Below, in pieces: positions 1-15,765 of a stretch of 64,000 nucleotides of DNA (positions are counted from its first letter, which is position 1; each line of letters opens with the position of its first letter). Below the pieces are notes generated by a model. The model saw only the letters and a program-made list of their open reading frames with translations. It was not told the DNA's origin and did no database searches. Origin of the DNA: Eledone cirrhosa (lineage: Eukaryota); NCBI GenBank assembly GCA_964016885.1, contig OZ024743.1, forward strand, positions 246,264,001-246,328,000. The letters are read 5' to 3'. The position numbers and the translations under genes were made by a program.

Positions 1-1440
1 TATATATATTATATTATATATATTATATTATATATATTATATTATATATATTATATTATATTATATATATATTATATTATATATATTATATTATATATAT
101 TATATTATATATTATATTATATATATATATTATATTATATATATATTATATTATATATATTATATTATATTATATATTATATATATATATATTATATTAT
201 ATATATTATATTATATATATATTATATTATATATATATTATATTATATATATTATATTATATTTTATATATATTATATTATATATATTATATTATATATA
301 TTATATTATATATATTATATATATTATATTATATATATTATATTATATATATTATATTATATATATTATATTATATATATTATATTATATATATTATATT
401 ATATATATTATATTATATATATTATATTATATATATATATATTATATATATATATATTATATATATATATATTATATATATATATTATATATATTATATT
501 ATATATATTATATATATTATATTATATATATTATATATATTATATAATATATTATATATATATATTATATATATATATATTATATTATATTATATATATT
601 ATATTATATTATATATATTATATATATTATATATATTATATTATATTATATATATATTATATATATTATATATATTATATTATATTATATATATTATATT
701 ATATTATATATATTATATTATATTATATATATTATATTATATTATATTATATTATATTATATATATATTATATATATTATATTATATATATATATATTAT
801 ATATATTATATTATATTATATATATTATATTATATATATATATTATATTATATATATATATTATATTATATATATATATTATATTATATATATATATTAT
901 ATTATATATATTATATTATATATATATATTATATTATATATATATATTATATTATATATATATTATATTATATATATATTATATTATATATATTATATTA
1001 TATTATATATTATATATATTATATTATATATATATATATTATATTATATATATATATTATATTATATATATATTATATTATATATATATATTATATTATA
1101 TATATATATTATATTATATATTTATATTATATTATATATTTATATTATATTATATATTTATATTATATTATATATATATATTATATTATATATATATATT
1201 ATATTATATATATATATATTATATTATATATATATATATTATATTATATATATATATATTATATTATATATATATATATATATTATATATATATATATTA
1301 TATTATATATATATATATTATATTATATATATATATATTTATATTATATTATATATATTATATTATATATATTATATTATATATATATATTTTTTTAAAT
1401 TATATATATATTTTTTTTTTATATTATATTATATTATATA
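1..1440. repeat. (TA)n/(TTATA)n low-complexity satellite
   Basis: Almost exclusively A/T in degenerate TA and TTATA units. Confidence 0.97.
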
Positions 1441-1730
1441 TCTATATATATAAAACTGAGGATGTCTGTCTGTGTGTGTGTCAGTTTGAATCCCTAAAAC
1501 TCGAGAACCACCCAACCGACTGTTTTCAAAATTTACACGTGTAATACTTATGTTTCAGGGAGTGTTCTGAGCCAAAAGAAATTCAAATTTTCAATGCTCT
1601 AGGTACAGCATTAGGCGATTTAACGATCTCTCTCTATAATTTTTAGTCTTTCTCTTTTTAGATAGATACATACATATAACGTCGCGCCCTTATATGTCTG
1701 TATGTCTGGTTGTCTGCATTACATCACTTC

Positions 1731-1771
<41 letters not shown>

Positions 1772-2316
1772 CCCTAAAACTCGAAGTCCCTAACCGATTT
1801 TTTTCAAACTTAACATGTGTATTACTTATGTTTCAGGGAGTGTTATGCACATAAAATATTCAAATTTGTGATCTCCTAGGGCCCGCATTAGGTGAAAAAC
1901 TGCGTTTTTAAGCTTTTTAGGTGTTTTTTAAGGCGTTACGTCAGACCGATTTCCTTGAAATTGTAGTTATGTATTAGTCAGCATCTTCTTTATACCATAA
2001 GCAAAGAAAATCCAACGTTTTTCAGCTTTTTAGGGCTTTTTAGAGGCGTTACGTCTAGCCGATTTTTCCCAAAATTTCAGGGCATATTGTGCACATAAAA
2101 AAAATATTTTCTGGGTCCCCTAGGGCCCGGCATTAGGTGAAAACCTGCATTTTTCCTGCTTCATCGAGGAAAATCTTAAAGATTATCCAGGTATCGGAGT
2201 ATTCGGTTTATTTTCTTTACATATTGTCCAGGTATGAAGTTTTTCCACGATTAGGTCTGTTGGAGGGCAGAGTTCCAAAATACCTTATCCTGTGCAACGC
2301 CGGGCATTACTACTAG
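1441..2316 (+). mobile_element. Non-autonomous Helitron
   Basis: A|TCTATATATATAAAA 5' end; subterminal GC hairpin CCTGTGCAACGCCGGG (2289-2304); CTAG|T 3' end (2313-2316); inserted between A and T with no TSD; internal duplication GAATCCCTAAAACTCGA at ~1488 and ~1768. Confidence 0.85.
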
Positions 2317-2425
2317 TATATATATATATAATATAAGATATATATATATAATATATATTATATATTATATATTATATTATATATTATATTATATATATAT
2401 TATATATTATATATATATTATATAT

Positions 2426-2472
<47 letters not shown>

Positions 2473-2476
2473 ATAT

Positions 2477-2510
<34 letters not shown>

Positions 2511-2515
2511 ATATT

Positions 2516-2965
2516 ATTTCCTACTGACTGGCCTCTGTGTCACGTGATTGATTCTTTAGAATCGGCCATATGACCAGTGGCAGTGAGAATTTTCAGTACC
2601 TGGAATCCAGTCCTCGATAGCTGTTCCATTTACCGAATTATTATTATTTTTATATGAGTCCCCAGTGTCCGCGCATTGCCTGGAGACTTGGCTGAGAATG
2701 ATCTCACTGATGACGCAATGAAATTCTCAACAGTTCATTACGTAACTGTCTTTATCCCATTGCAGAAACTAATTAGTTGGAGTGAAAATTTAAGTAAGTT
2801 AATTTTTTACAATTTTTTTTTTTTAAATTTTCTTATTTTACTTCTTTTATATTATTGTTCTGCATCCTCCTGCATTGAACCACCTAGGTACTATGACATA
2901 ACCTGTGTATTTGCTGGCATTAGCGTACATCTGTGCGCTTATGTTAGTAGATATATTAAATTATC
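2516..2965 (+). mobile_element. Non-coding HHR-bearing island in (TA)n, probable PLE pLTR/retrozyme remnant
   Basis: ~450 bp of complex sequence flanked by (TA)n on both sides; contains the hammerhead motif at 2703-2782. Confidence 0.6.
2703..2782 (+). ncRNA. Type I hammerhead ribozyme, extended stem II (possibly degenerate)
   Basis: ctca-CTGATGA-c-GCAATG...(ACAGTT/AACTGT inner hairpin)...CATTGC-a-GAAA-CTAATTAG-TT-ggag; palindromic stem III ACTAATTAGT; mismatches at the first pairs of stem I and stem II. Confidence 0.65.
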
Positions 2966-5282
<2,317 letters not shown>

Positions 5283-5482
5283 NNNNNNNNNNNNNNNNNN
5301 NNNNNNNNNNNNNNNNNNNNNNNNNNNNNNNNNNNNNNNNNNNNNNNNNNNNNNNNNNNNNNNNNNNNNNNNNNNNNNNNNNNNNNNNNNNNNNNNNNNN
5401 NNNNNNNNNNNNNNNNNNNNNNNNNNNNNNNNNNNNNNNNNNNNNNNNNNNNNNNNNNNNNNNNNNNNNNNNNNNNNNNNNN
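5283..5482. other. Assembly gap (200 N)
   Basis: Run of n. Confidence 1.
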
Positions 5483-6164
5483 GATGTCCCTCAAAATTAG
5501 AGGCCTCCTTAAAATTATAGGCCTATGTCAATTGGCCTATCTGTGTCCACCAGCACCCCACTTCCTCTAATCTGACTTGGTTGTTTGTTCAAGAGGCCTG
5601 TTGGGAGAAGATATTGATTAATTTTCTGGGGAACAACAATGTTTTTATGTTAGATATATAACCACCTCAAAATATCATGTCCTGCTTCTACAATGAAAGT
5701 GTTTCCATTGTTTTGAAAATGAAGACCAACAATGTTAGGTCAATGTCTACACAATAAAGACAAGATTGCCATGGCTGGAAAGGCTATTCTGAAGCTGTAT
5801 TAACCAGATGCTTCACTGACCCTGGTTCTGTGGCTCTGATCAACCTAAGTTGACTAGGAAGACCAAACCCACAAGTCAACAAAAGAGCCTCTATGTGATT
5901 TCTTGACTTGTTGGGAATAGCAGCCAAATATCCTACAAATCTCACTTTACTGTCTATAAAATGGGAAGGACGTCTTAGATAATGTATTCCTAGTTACCAC
6001 TAAAAAGACAAGATGGTCATGACTAGAGTGCTCTCGATCTAATGTTTATACAATATAGAAGTTTCTTTCATAAATTCTAGCTCTGTTGGGTTGATCATTT
6101 GGAAAAATGAGGACTGCTTGGAGGTTTTACTAATGAATTGTGTGGGTATATTTTCCTTACCCCC

Positions 6165-6195
<31 letters not shown>

Positions 6196-7103
6196 CATAT
6201 ATATATAAATCAATTTCTCTCTCTCCATCATACATCCCACATGGGTGAACACATCTCTCATACCGTAAGCAAGGGTTCCTCTATATTGGTGCTCAATCTG
6301 CTAAAAATAGCAGCAAAAAATATTATAATAAAGTCACTTTCAACAGTGAAGTATTGGATACCCTTAAAAAGACAGGATGGCCATGGCTGGAGTGTCTTTA
6401 ATCATTGTTTGGAAGTATACAGTAGCAACAGCAGACTGCAAGATTCTCCTGTCATCTTAACATTTTCTTTTTAATTCATGAGATCTGACATATAGTTCTC
6501 TAAAATATAATGACTAATTAATTAGATATTTACATAATTAAATAATTGCAGCTGTCAAATGTATAAAAATGGTTTAGTAGAATGATAATTTACTTCTCCA
6601 TGACAATTCAACACCAATTCTAGTCATTTGTGTGGGGGAAAAAATATCTTATATATACATATATTCATACTATATACATACATATATACATGCATATAGA
6701 TACACATGCACACACACACACACACACACACATACATACAGGCATATACATACACATGCACACACATGCATATATACAGGCACATACATACACATAGACA
6801 CCCACACATACAGCATCTGGACATAAATAAGCAAGGGTTAACAAACTGTAACCACAGTGAAATGTAGCCTCCCTGATGTGACATGATTACAGTTTAAAAC
6901 ACTCACAGTGATACTAAATATATGTCTGTTATAAGTATATTGTATAGGTTCATATATGCCTTTATATATGCATATATTCACACACATGTGCGTACGCACA
7001 CCCACCCACCCACGTTGTGAACGTGTTTTGTTATATCCCTTTGTGTGTGTGTGTGTGTGTGTATAGATATCTTTATATACAGGCTTTCAATGAATTACTT
7101 TAA

Positions 7104-7545
7104 CCCCTTTGATAGCAACCCAGTCAAAACCAGTTCTAATTCTATGAAACAAAACACCCATTTTAAAGGGTTCTTCTTTAAATTAAAATCTTCCAACATA
7201 GTTTTATATTTGTTACAAATACTATCGTTACTCTTAACACCATGTACCACATGACACCACATTAGCAAGACACTTTTGAAAAGTACAAAAATATACTATG
7301 ACTACAATGAACATTTAAGTTTTTACTTGTTTGTAGTTTACTACAAATTTTCTCAATGATCTGTCTGTTGGTAAAGATAGTATAAACATTTGAATTAAAC
7401 CTTTTTTCAGATAATCTCTGCCCAATGGTTACAGAATGTTAAGAGTTGATAATGAAATAATTAATAATTTTAGTAAATCCCTCCAAATTTTTTGTTAATT
7501 AATTGAAATACTGTATATGTCATTAGAAATATGGTCATGGAAGGG
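7104..7545. mobile_element. piggyBac-like MITE
   Basis: TTAA|CCC...GGG|TTAA termini with imperfect TIRs; related copies near 15465-16035, 19620-19870, 47540-47775, 58500-58710 and 63290-64000. Confidence 0.65.
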
Positions 7546-9602
7546 TTAAGATGTTTAAGTTCTTGAAATGTCATCTTTATATTTACGGAAAATATTCTCA
7601 AAGAAGTGTGTTGAAGTCTTCAGAACATCTTCCATACCATCTCTCTCTCTCTCTCTCTCTCTCTCCTATATGTTCTTGTTTTTATTCTGTTTTTATTCTG
7701 TTTTTTTTTTCCTTTTGTTATTCCTCTTTTATCATTCATTCTGTTCTTTCACCCGAGACCTTCCTCATCTGTTCTTCCGCCATTTCTTCCACCTATCAAT
7801 CCCCGTGTCTTCTTATGTCCTTCCACCTGTAACTCTCTCTGTTGTTCATCTTGTATTTTTCTCTGTTTTTTTTTTCCTTCTATCTTACAGTCTGTTCCTT
7901 CCCCCCATTCACCTCTGTTCTTCTGCTCTTCTCTCTCTCCTTCACTCTTCACTCTTCTCTCTCTCCTTCCCTCTGCCCTTCCCTTCTGTCACTCCACCCC
8001 ATCCTTCTCTTTGTTCCTCTCCCTTTTTGTTCTTCTTCTATTACATATCCAGATATTCTTCAATAACTTGTTCTTCTCTTACTTTAAAATGTCTGACCTA
8101 ATATTTTTTTATTGTTGCTTTTGTTATTAACCCTTTCAAGACCAAAATGCTAACTGTACATGTAATGGCATCTGATCTATTGCAATATACTGTCATAAAC
8201 TTTACCTACATTGAGAAAAAATAGTACATTTGTGTGTGTGTGTGTGTGCACATATGTGTGTGTGTATGCGCGCACGCATATGTGTGTGTGTGAAATGTAA
8301 AATTAAACTTGTACTATCTAATATCTGAATTTTTCAGTCAATTTCTTTTTGTCTGTGACTTTCCATATTTGATATTTGAAAGTGTTAAAGAAAAAATATT
8401 GATTTTAATCATTATATCATTATATAAATTATTTTGTATATTAATTACATGTAAATTTCTTTCCATACTGTTTTTTATATATGTATATTTTTATCTTGTA
8501 TTTTATTTTTTGTTTTGTTTTTTGTTAAATGGTAAAATTTTAGAACATTTTATGTGGAGTTGATCTTGTACAGGAATCAGCAACATTTTTTTTATAATGG
8601 CCCACTTTTGATGGGATTTTTTTTTCTTTAGTTTTACCCATGACCCACACATATATTATTTCATATATATATATATGAAACCATATGAGACCCATAGAGA
8701 ACACCTCAATGGTTCTCTTGTTGCTGACTCTTGTTCTAGTACATAGAGATTAATTAATCTCTTGTCATATTTAATTATGGGATACATCTTGTAATAGATA
8801 TGGATTTATATCTTTTTATATTTAATTCATATCAGTTTGAAATACGTACACATACAATCAATAAAAATGAGTCAGAAAGAAAAACAGAAACAGGTATTCA
8901 TATTCCCTCAATGATGCTACAATAGAGAATACTAATGTGGTGTTTACCAAAACACTCATGGTATTACTATACGTGATAGCAAGGTTGAGGCACTAGAACA
9001 GCCAAGCACTCTCACAAGCATTACCTGATACTTCAGTAAAACAAGCTGCCGACAATGGCAAAATCTTTGTTGAGTGTGTATGCTTTTCTTACTTTTTTTT
9101 TTCTTTCTGATTCATTTATGTTATTACCAACTTTCTTCATTTATTGTATGTGCATGTATTCCAAACTGAGATTAAACCATCTCTTTAGTGCTAAAACCTC
9201 TAATGAAAACACACAAACAAAAACATTTTGGTGCTTTTAAAAAGAATTGACCAATATATTATGCTAACAGTAACGCTCTGGAAATCTAAACATTAACATT
9301 AGATTAGAAATCTAATCTTACATTGAAACTTAGGAAACATTATATGTAGAGACAAATTACTTTAAAATTGTTAAATGAGAAATAAAATAGAAAATTTGTA
9401 ATTTAAAATGGGAGCTACACAATACATACATTCATGCATACATACATTCATTCATTCATGCATACATTTATGCATGCATGCATACATGCATGCATACATA
9501 CATTTATGCATACATTCACACATACATACAATGAACATGACATATAGACAAATATACATTAGAGAAAACGTTATTAGTTCTGCATTTATATAAAAACATA
9601 TG

Positions 9603-9905
9603 TGAAGGTGCATAGTATAAGGGTTAGGGTGTTCAGTTCATGATTGTAAGATCATGAGTTCAATTCTCAATGGCATGTTGTGTTTTTGAGCAAGACACTT
9701 TATTTCACATTGCTTCAGTTCACTCAGCTGACAAAAATGAATTGTACCTGTATAATTCAAAGAGCCACACTGTGTTATACTGAATTTCCCTGAGAGCGAC
9801 ATTAATGGTGTATGTGTCTGTGGAATGCTCAGCCACTTACACTTTAATGTCATGAGCAGTCTGTTCTCTTGTTCGAACAACAGTAATACTCATTGTTGGA
9901 AACAA
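9603..9905 (+). mobile_element. tRNA-derived SINE
   Basis: Degenerate A/B boxes (GAGTTCAATTCTC) then TTGAGCAAGACACTTTATTTCAC core; related minus-strand copy ~56075-56350. Confidence 0.7.
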
Positions 9906-10296
9906 CAGACATCCATCATATAGAAGATATGGAAATAGCAAATATATGCACACATACTTAAGCAAGTACATATGTAAACATTTATACCAAAATACACATA
10001 TAGAAATAATCCTAGTGAGAAGAAACTATGTGGCCACTCGACTTGCTATAAATAGCAGCCAAATTTCCCTCAAAACAACTTGTCTAAAAAAAAGAAAGCA
10101 GACACTGTATATACAAAAAGACTTGATGGTCGAGGCTGGAACGTTTTAAGTCACAGGTTTACTCAATAGAGCTGATCTGAGACTGAAACAGCAAGACATT
10201 TTTAGAAATTGTTTACTAAATGTTCTTCCACTTGTATTAACAAATTTTTTCTGATATAGAAATTAACTTTTATGAAGAGATATATACACTATTATT

Positions 10297-10515
10297 AGGT
10301 GGATTGACAGAATCGATAGAGCGTCGAACAAACTGCTTTGCAGTATTTAGTTATGGCCCTTTATGTTCTGAATTCAAATTCCACCAGGGCTAGCTTTGCT
10401 TTTCATCCTTACGGGATCGATAAAATAAAGTACCAGTAACACACTGGGGTTGATTTAATCGACTTTCCCCTCGTCCCAAATCGCTGGCCTTGTGCTTATA
10501 GTAGAAACCATTGTT
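10297..10515 (+). mobile_element. tRNA-derived SINE (second family)
   Basis: GAATTCAAATTCC B box, TTTCATCCTT..GATAAAATAAAGTACCAG, GCTGGCCTTGTG, short ATT tail; other copies at 15190-15390(-), 18372-18575, 18590-18782, 44420-44841(-) and 59290-59420(-). Confidence 0.75.
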
Positions 10516-11026
10516 AGGTGAGCTCTTAATAAAAAGAGAATTATTTTTATTGTTATTGACACTAATCTACCAAAAGTAAAATATGTCAGAATACTTTTCT
10601 ATTCAAGAATAAACTCCTTTGTTTATTTTATTTGATAATATCAAGTTTTAATTCAAGCATCAGTGAGTCAGCTAAGTCATTATTATATTCAGTGGAGCTT
10701 AAAGACTTCTTAGTATTTATTATACATAGTGTAGAAAATGGGAAGATGAAATCTTAGTTGCATACCATAAACATATACCCCTGTCTGTATGTATATATAT
10801 ATGTGTGTGAAAGAGAGAGGGGAGGCCTAAATCAGTTGTGAAGTATATACTCCATTTCAAACTACCAATTAAGTATTTTAGTAATCAGAACTAAATAATA
10901 CATATGATTTATGTTTGGGTTACAGGTATGTACATGTATATACTTACTAGCAAGTAGGCCTCCTCAAAATTGTAGGCCTGTACCAACTGGCTTACCTGCA
11001 TTCTGTCTCTAGCTTGTGTGTGTATG

Positions 11027-11057
<31 letters not shown>

Positions 11058-11559
11058 ATATACATGTATATACATATATGTATATATATAATCAATATAT
11101 GTATATAGCAAAAGGGTCAAGAAGAAAAAGTCCCCTATGTAGAAAATAGAGATAATTTATTATATCCCCAATATGCATGCATACATACATATATACATAC
11201 ATATAAACATGCATGCATACATACATACATACACACACACACACGTACACGTACGTACGTGTTAATGTTGGGTTATAGATTTATAAGTATAAAAATAACA
11301 ACACTTGACTAAATATATTGGGTAAATTCCTCATTTTTCTAAAAGTGTTCTTTTTACAAGTTTGAAGTGCCTTAAAAATATATAAATTTAATATTTTAGT
11401 ACAATTTTACCATATTCTGTTATATTGGTGCTATGAATATATTACAAAACAATATGTTCCATATAATTTCATTGTTTAACATTTTGTGCAATATTTAAAA
11501 AAAGCACATAATTTCTGTGGAGAAATCAACAAAAGTTATAAAAAAAAAAACTATTACAC

Positions 11560-12100
11560 TCTGCTGTACCCAAACCTACAATGCATTCCTAACCCGGGGT
11601 ATTTCTGCAGTTGTTCCCAGACATAAGCTGCCTTCAAAACCCATGTATTCCTTGCTGTTTTTCCCAGACATACGCAGCATTTATAACCCAGTTATATTCC
11701 CTACTGCTGTACCGAAATATACACTGCATTCATACATAGATACCCAGGTATATTCCCTACTGCTGTACCTAGGCATACACTGCATTCATACATAGATACC
11801 TACATTTCCATAAATATATTGCATTCATAACGCAGTTTTTGTTTTCTGTTGTACCCAGACATACACTACATACATAAACCAGGTACATTTCCTGCTGCTG
11901 CATACATACATATACTATACCTGTACATAACTTGTATTTATAACCCAGCTATTGCTTGGAGTTGTATCTTGAATAAGCTGTATTCATAATCAGGTATCCC
12001 CTACTGATGTACCTATATGTAAGTTACATTCATAACCAGATATTGCCTAGTGTTGAACCCTCACATAAGCTACATTCATAACCCAGGTATTACCTGCTTT
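11560..12100. repeat. Degenerate minisatellite, ~50-bp unit
   Basis: About ten diverged copies of CTGCTGTACCCAGACATACACTGCATTCATAACCCAGGTAT. Confidence 0.8.
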
Positions 12101-12560
12101 ATCCTCATCCTTCATCCTCGTTACTGACTTTGCTTATTATAATGAATGTTTGTCTTTTAATCAATTACTGGCTCTTACACTCTCACTGAGCTGTCTTCCT
12201 TCTATTATTGCTGCTTTTTTACCTTCAAGAGTCATGTCTTCCACAAATGGACTCCCCTTCATATAACCACATAAATGTACTCTCCCACTAGAGTTATCTT
12301 TTGAAGACAATAAACTGATTTAATTTTGCAATGGTGATGGTGCTTTACATTTTCTTGGTTATGGTGGTGACGGTGGTGATGGTTATTGTTAATTCCATGT
12401 GGTGTGCAGTGTATATATATATATATATATATAATACTGAATGAGTATTCAGTGCATGTGTAAAAGGTGTATGATTTATTTTCTTACATGTATTGAATAC
12501 TTATTTAGTTAATCTTTGAACATTTTATGTACACTAGTATTTAAAACACCTACTTTAGAG

Positions 12561-12630
<70 letters not shown>

Positions 12631-13734
12631 TTTCCCAATAGTGTGAAATGCAATCAAGTAAGAAAAAAAAAAGAACTCAATTATATTTATTTAAAGTTGA
12701 ATCAGTGTGAGCTGCTACATGGAGTTTCTCATTCTTGATCCTCAGGCAACTGATCTTAGGGTGAATAAATCTCTCTTTATATACACTTAGGATATTTTAG
12801 TGTCTCACAGAAAACAAGACAAGAATTATTGGTTTCGCATATGGACATAGAACAACCTGTAAAATAAATATAAGCATTTATAAATGTTGTACATCCAAAA
12901 ATTTATAAAATCAGTCACCTGAGAATTAGGAACATGAAACTCTGAGTTGCGAGTCACTTAGACTCAGCTTTGTGTGAGTGTATATATATATTATATATAT
13001 ATAGTTATTTCCACAACAAATTAACAAACCATACTCGAGAATATGCATTTCACCTAGCAGATTTTTTACCCAAGTGTGGTTGTGTGTGAAACACACATCC
13101 TCAAGTATGGGTTGCTAATCTGTTGTGGAACTAACTCAATACCAAACTCGTCCTCCTGACTGAGTGCTCTACCTAGTATGGATATAACCTCCCGATTTTT
13201 TACCATTATATATACATATATATATATATATTCAATTGTATGCAGTCTTTGGGTAAGTGAACTTTTCAAACTAAATTTTAAAGAATGATTAATTGGTTTC
13301 TTTAACTGTTATCATTTGCTTTTACTGCAAGAAAGAATTAAATATAAAAAAAAAAAATTATCTTGAAATTTTAAATGTTTCATTTTTTTTCATCCCTCAA
13401 TGTAGAGGTAAGTTATTAAAGATTAACACTCCAGCCAACATTTATGTGTACAGTTAGATGTGTGTGTGTGTGTGTGTATGTATGTATATATATATATATA
13501 TATACACATATACATACACACACACATATACTACATTGAGGGATGAAAAAAAAGAAATATTTACAATTTCATTTACATATATATATATATATAAGAACTG
13601 ACTTAAACTGTGACAACCCTGGTTAGCAGAGAAAAGCAAATGTAAAATGATGACACATATAGACGTGCATATATGTACACACACGCATGTGTATGTATAT
13701 ATGCATATACATACATGCATACACACATAAAAAT

Positions 13735-14865
13735 ATAGTAGAAAGGAGTAGGCAGAAACTCCATTTTATGTCCCAAATGCAAAGTATGGGTGCATAAAAG
13801 ATGTAGTGGGATCACAGGTAAGCTATATAGATTTTATATGTGGCCGGTTCTCAGGTGCAATAAGTAGCAGCAAGCGCCCACAGAATACTAGCCCATTCCA
13901 TTGCACAGATGGTTCTATAGAAATAGTGGACACCTTCCGTTACCTGGGTGACAAAATCAGCAGTGGTGGAGGGCGCTCTGAAAGTACAGTAGCTAGTCAG
14001 AACGGGATGGAAAAAATTCAGAGAGCTTATACCACTATTGGCCGCTAAAGGTTACTCTCTAAAAATGAAATGCCTGCATACGAACAGCAATGTTACATGG
14101 CAGTGAGACTTGGGCATTGTGTGCTGAGGATCTACGTAGACTGGAGAGGAACGAAGCTTGCATGCTCCGTTGGATGTGTAATAGTAATATACGTGAACGG
14201 CAAAGCATAAATGAACTGAGAAATTAGGAATAAGAGGGATCAGATGCTGTTTACTCGAGAGAAGACTACGTTGGTATGGTCACGTGATGCGCATGAAAGA
14301 CGACAGCTGTATAAAAAAGTGCAGGGCGATCAAAATAGATGGTAGCCACGGAGTAGGCAGACCCAGAAAAACCTGGGACGACTGGATAAATTCCGACCTC
14401 ACACACTGACACCTCTCCAAGACAATGTCACTGGACCAAGATCTTTGGCACTACGCAGTAATACAGAAGACCCGCCTTACCTAAGTGCAAAGCGAAACCT
14501 ACAGTCAGTAGGCACCTCTTACCAAGATATACCCCCGTCCCACTACCCCCACCCCATCCACACCACCCCTTTCCGATGTAAAGTTATGTTGGTACCACAA
14601 CATCCAGTCCTAAATAAATGAGGTCGTGTAGGTGTCACGACAAAAAAACACAGTCCACGCTGTAATGTGGCCATGTAGGTAACACGGTAAAAACCTCCCA
14701 GTCCACACTGTAAATGTGGTTGGTGTTAGGAAGGGCATCCAGCCGTAGAAAACATGCCAGACAGTCCTATACGAGCAAGACAACCAATCTTGCCTCAAGT
14801 GGGAAAATTCCTGTCCAAACCCATGCTAGCGTGGAAGATGGACGTTAAACGATGATGATGATGAT
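13735..14865 (+). mobile_element. RTE-clade LINE, 3' fragment
   Basis: Frame-disrupted GVGRNSILCPKCKVWVHKRCSG, FRYLGD, LHGSETW, RLRWYGHV and GRPRKTW motifs; 3' end AAGGGCATCCAGCCGTAGAAA...GGACGTTAAAC(GAT)n. Confidence 0.85.
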
Positions 14866-15545
14866 ATGTAATTTATTTCCACACGCATTAACATACAATA
14901 TTTAATGTTGCAGTAGAAGAGCTGTTTGTTTGTTTTTCAAAGAAAATTTATTCTTTTGTTTTCCATTAACATTTTATTAAACATTTCATCTTCTGTAAGG
15001 TGGTGGAAAAATTGAAAGATTATTGTACGGCAGTTCTTTTTAACTATATCTAATGTATGCTCCCTACCACATAACCCCATCATTTAACACTTCTGATACC
15101 AAACTACCTGAAATTACTCCTGGTTGTATGATAAAAAGCTGTTTATGTTAAAGTATTTTATATTTATCTAAAAGTTTTCAAACATAATTCTTTCTATCTA
15201 ACATGTGCACAAGGCCAGTAATTCAATGGAAGGAGGATGTCAATCATATCAACCCCAGTAGTTTACTGGTATTTATTTTCTCGGCCCTAGATGGATGAAA
15301 GGCAAAGTTGATTTGAACTCAGTATGTAGATAGTTGTAACTAAATGCTGCAAAACATTTTGTCTAACTCTCTACTAATACTATCAATCCATCACCTTTAA
15401 AAAAAATCTTCCATCATAATTTTATGTGAATATCATTATCATATTATATTCCAAATACCAACTTAATTCTTTAGATACCAACCTGCCAAAAACCAGCTTG
15501 GGTTCTATGAAACAAAACCATCTATTTTAAAGGGTTTTTGTTTAA

Positions 15546-15765
15546 CCCTTTAGCATTTAAACTGGCCATATTTGGCCAAAATTCTTTCAGCTTTTCCTGT
15601 TCAAACCAATTGTAACTGGCCACTCATACTGATATTAAAGTATTGTTCTCAACATAAATAATATCAAAATCTCATAGATTCGATATTATTTAAGATATTA
15701 TGTGAGATAAAGCCTTTACTGTGAAAATACAATAGAAAATATAGAGTAATGTGAATGCTAAAGGG
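15546..15765. mobile_element. piggyBac-like MITE nested in another MITE
   Basis: Perfect 12-bp TIR CCCTTTAGCATT/AATGCTAAAGGG with TTAA on both sides; degenerate copy ~58905-59112. Confidence 0.85.

Noticed and set aside
2576-2592. GTGGCAGTGAG shared with ~30833
   Set aside because: Too short, and in opposite orientation relative to the respective HHRs
7551-8101. 177-aa Ser/Leu/Phe-rich ORF
   Set aside because: CT-rich low-complexity DNA with no domain motif
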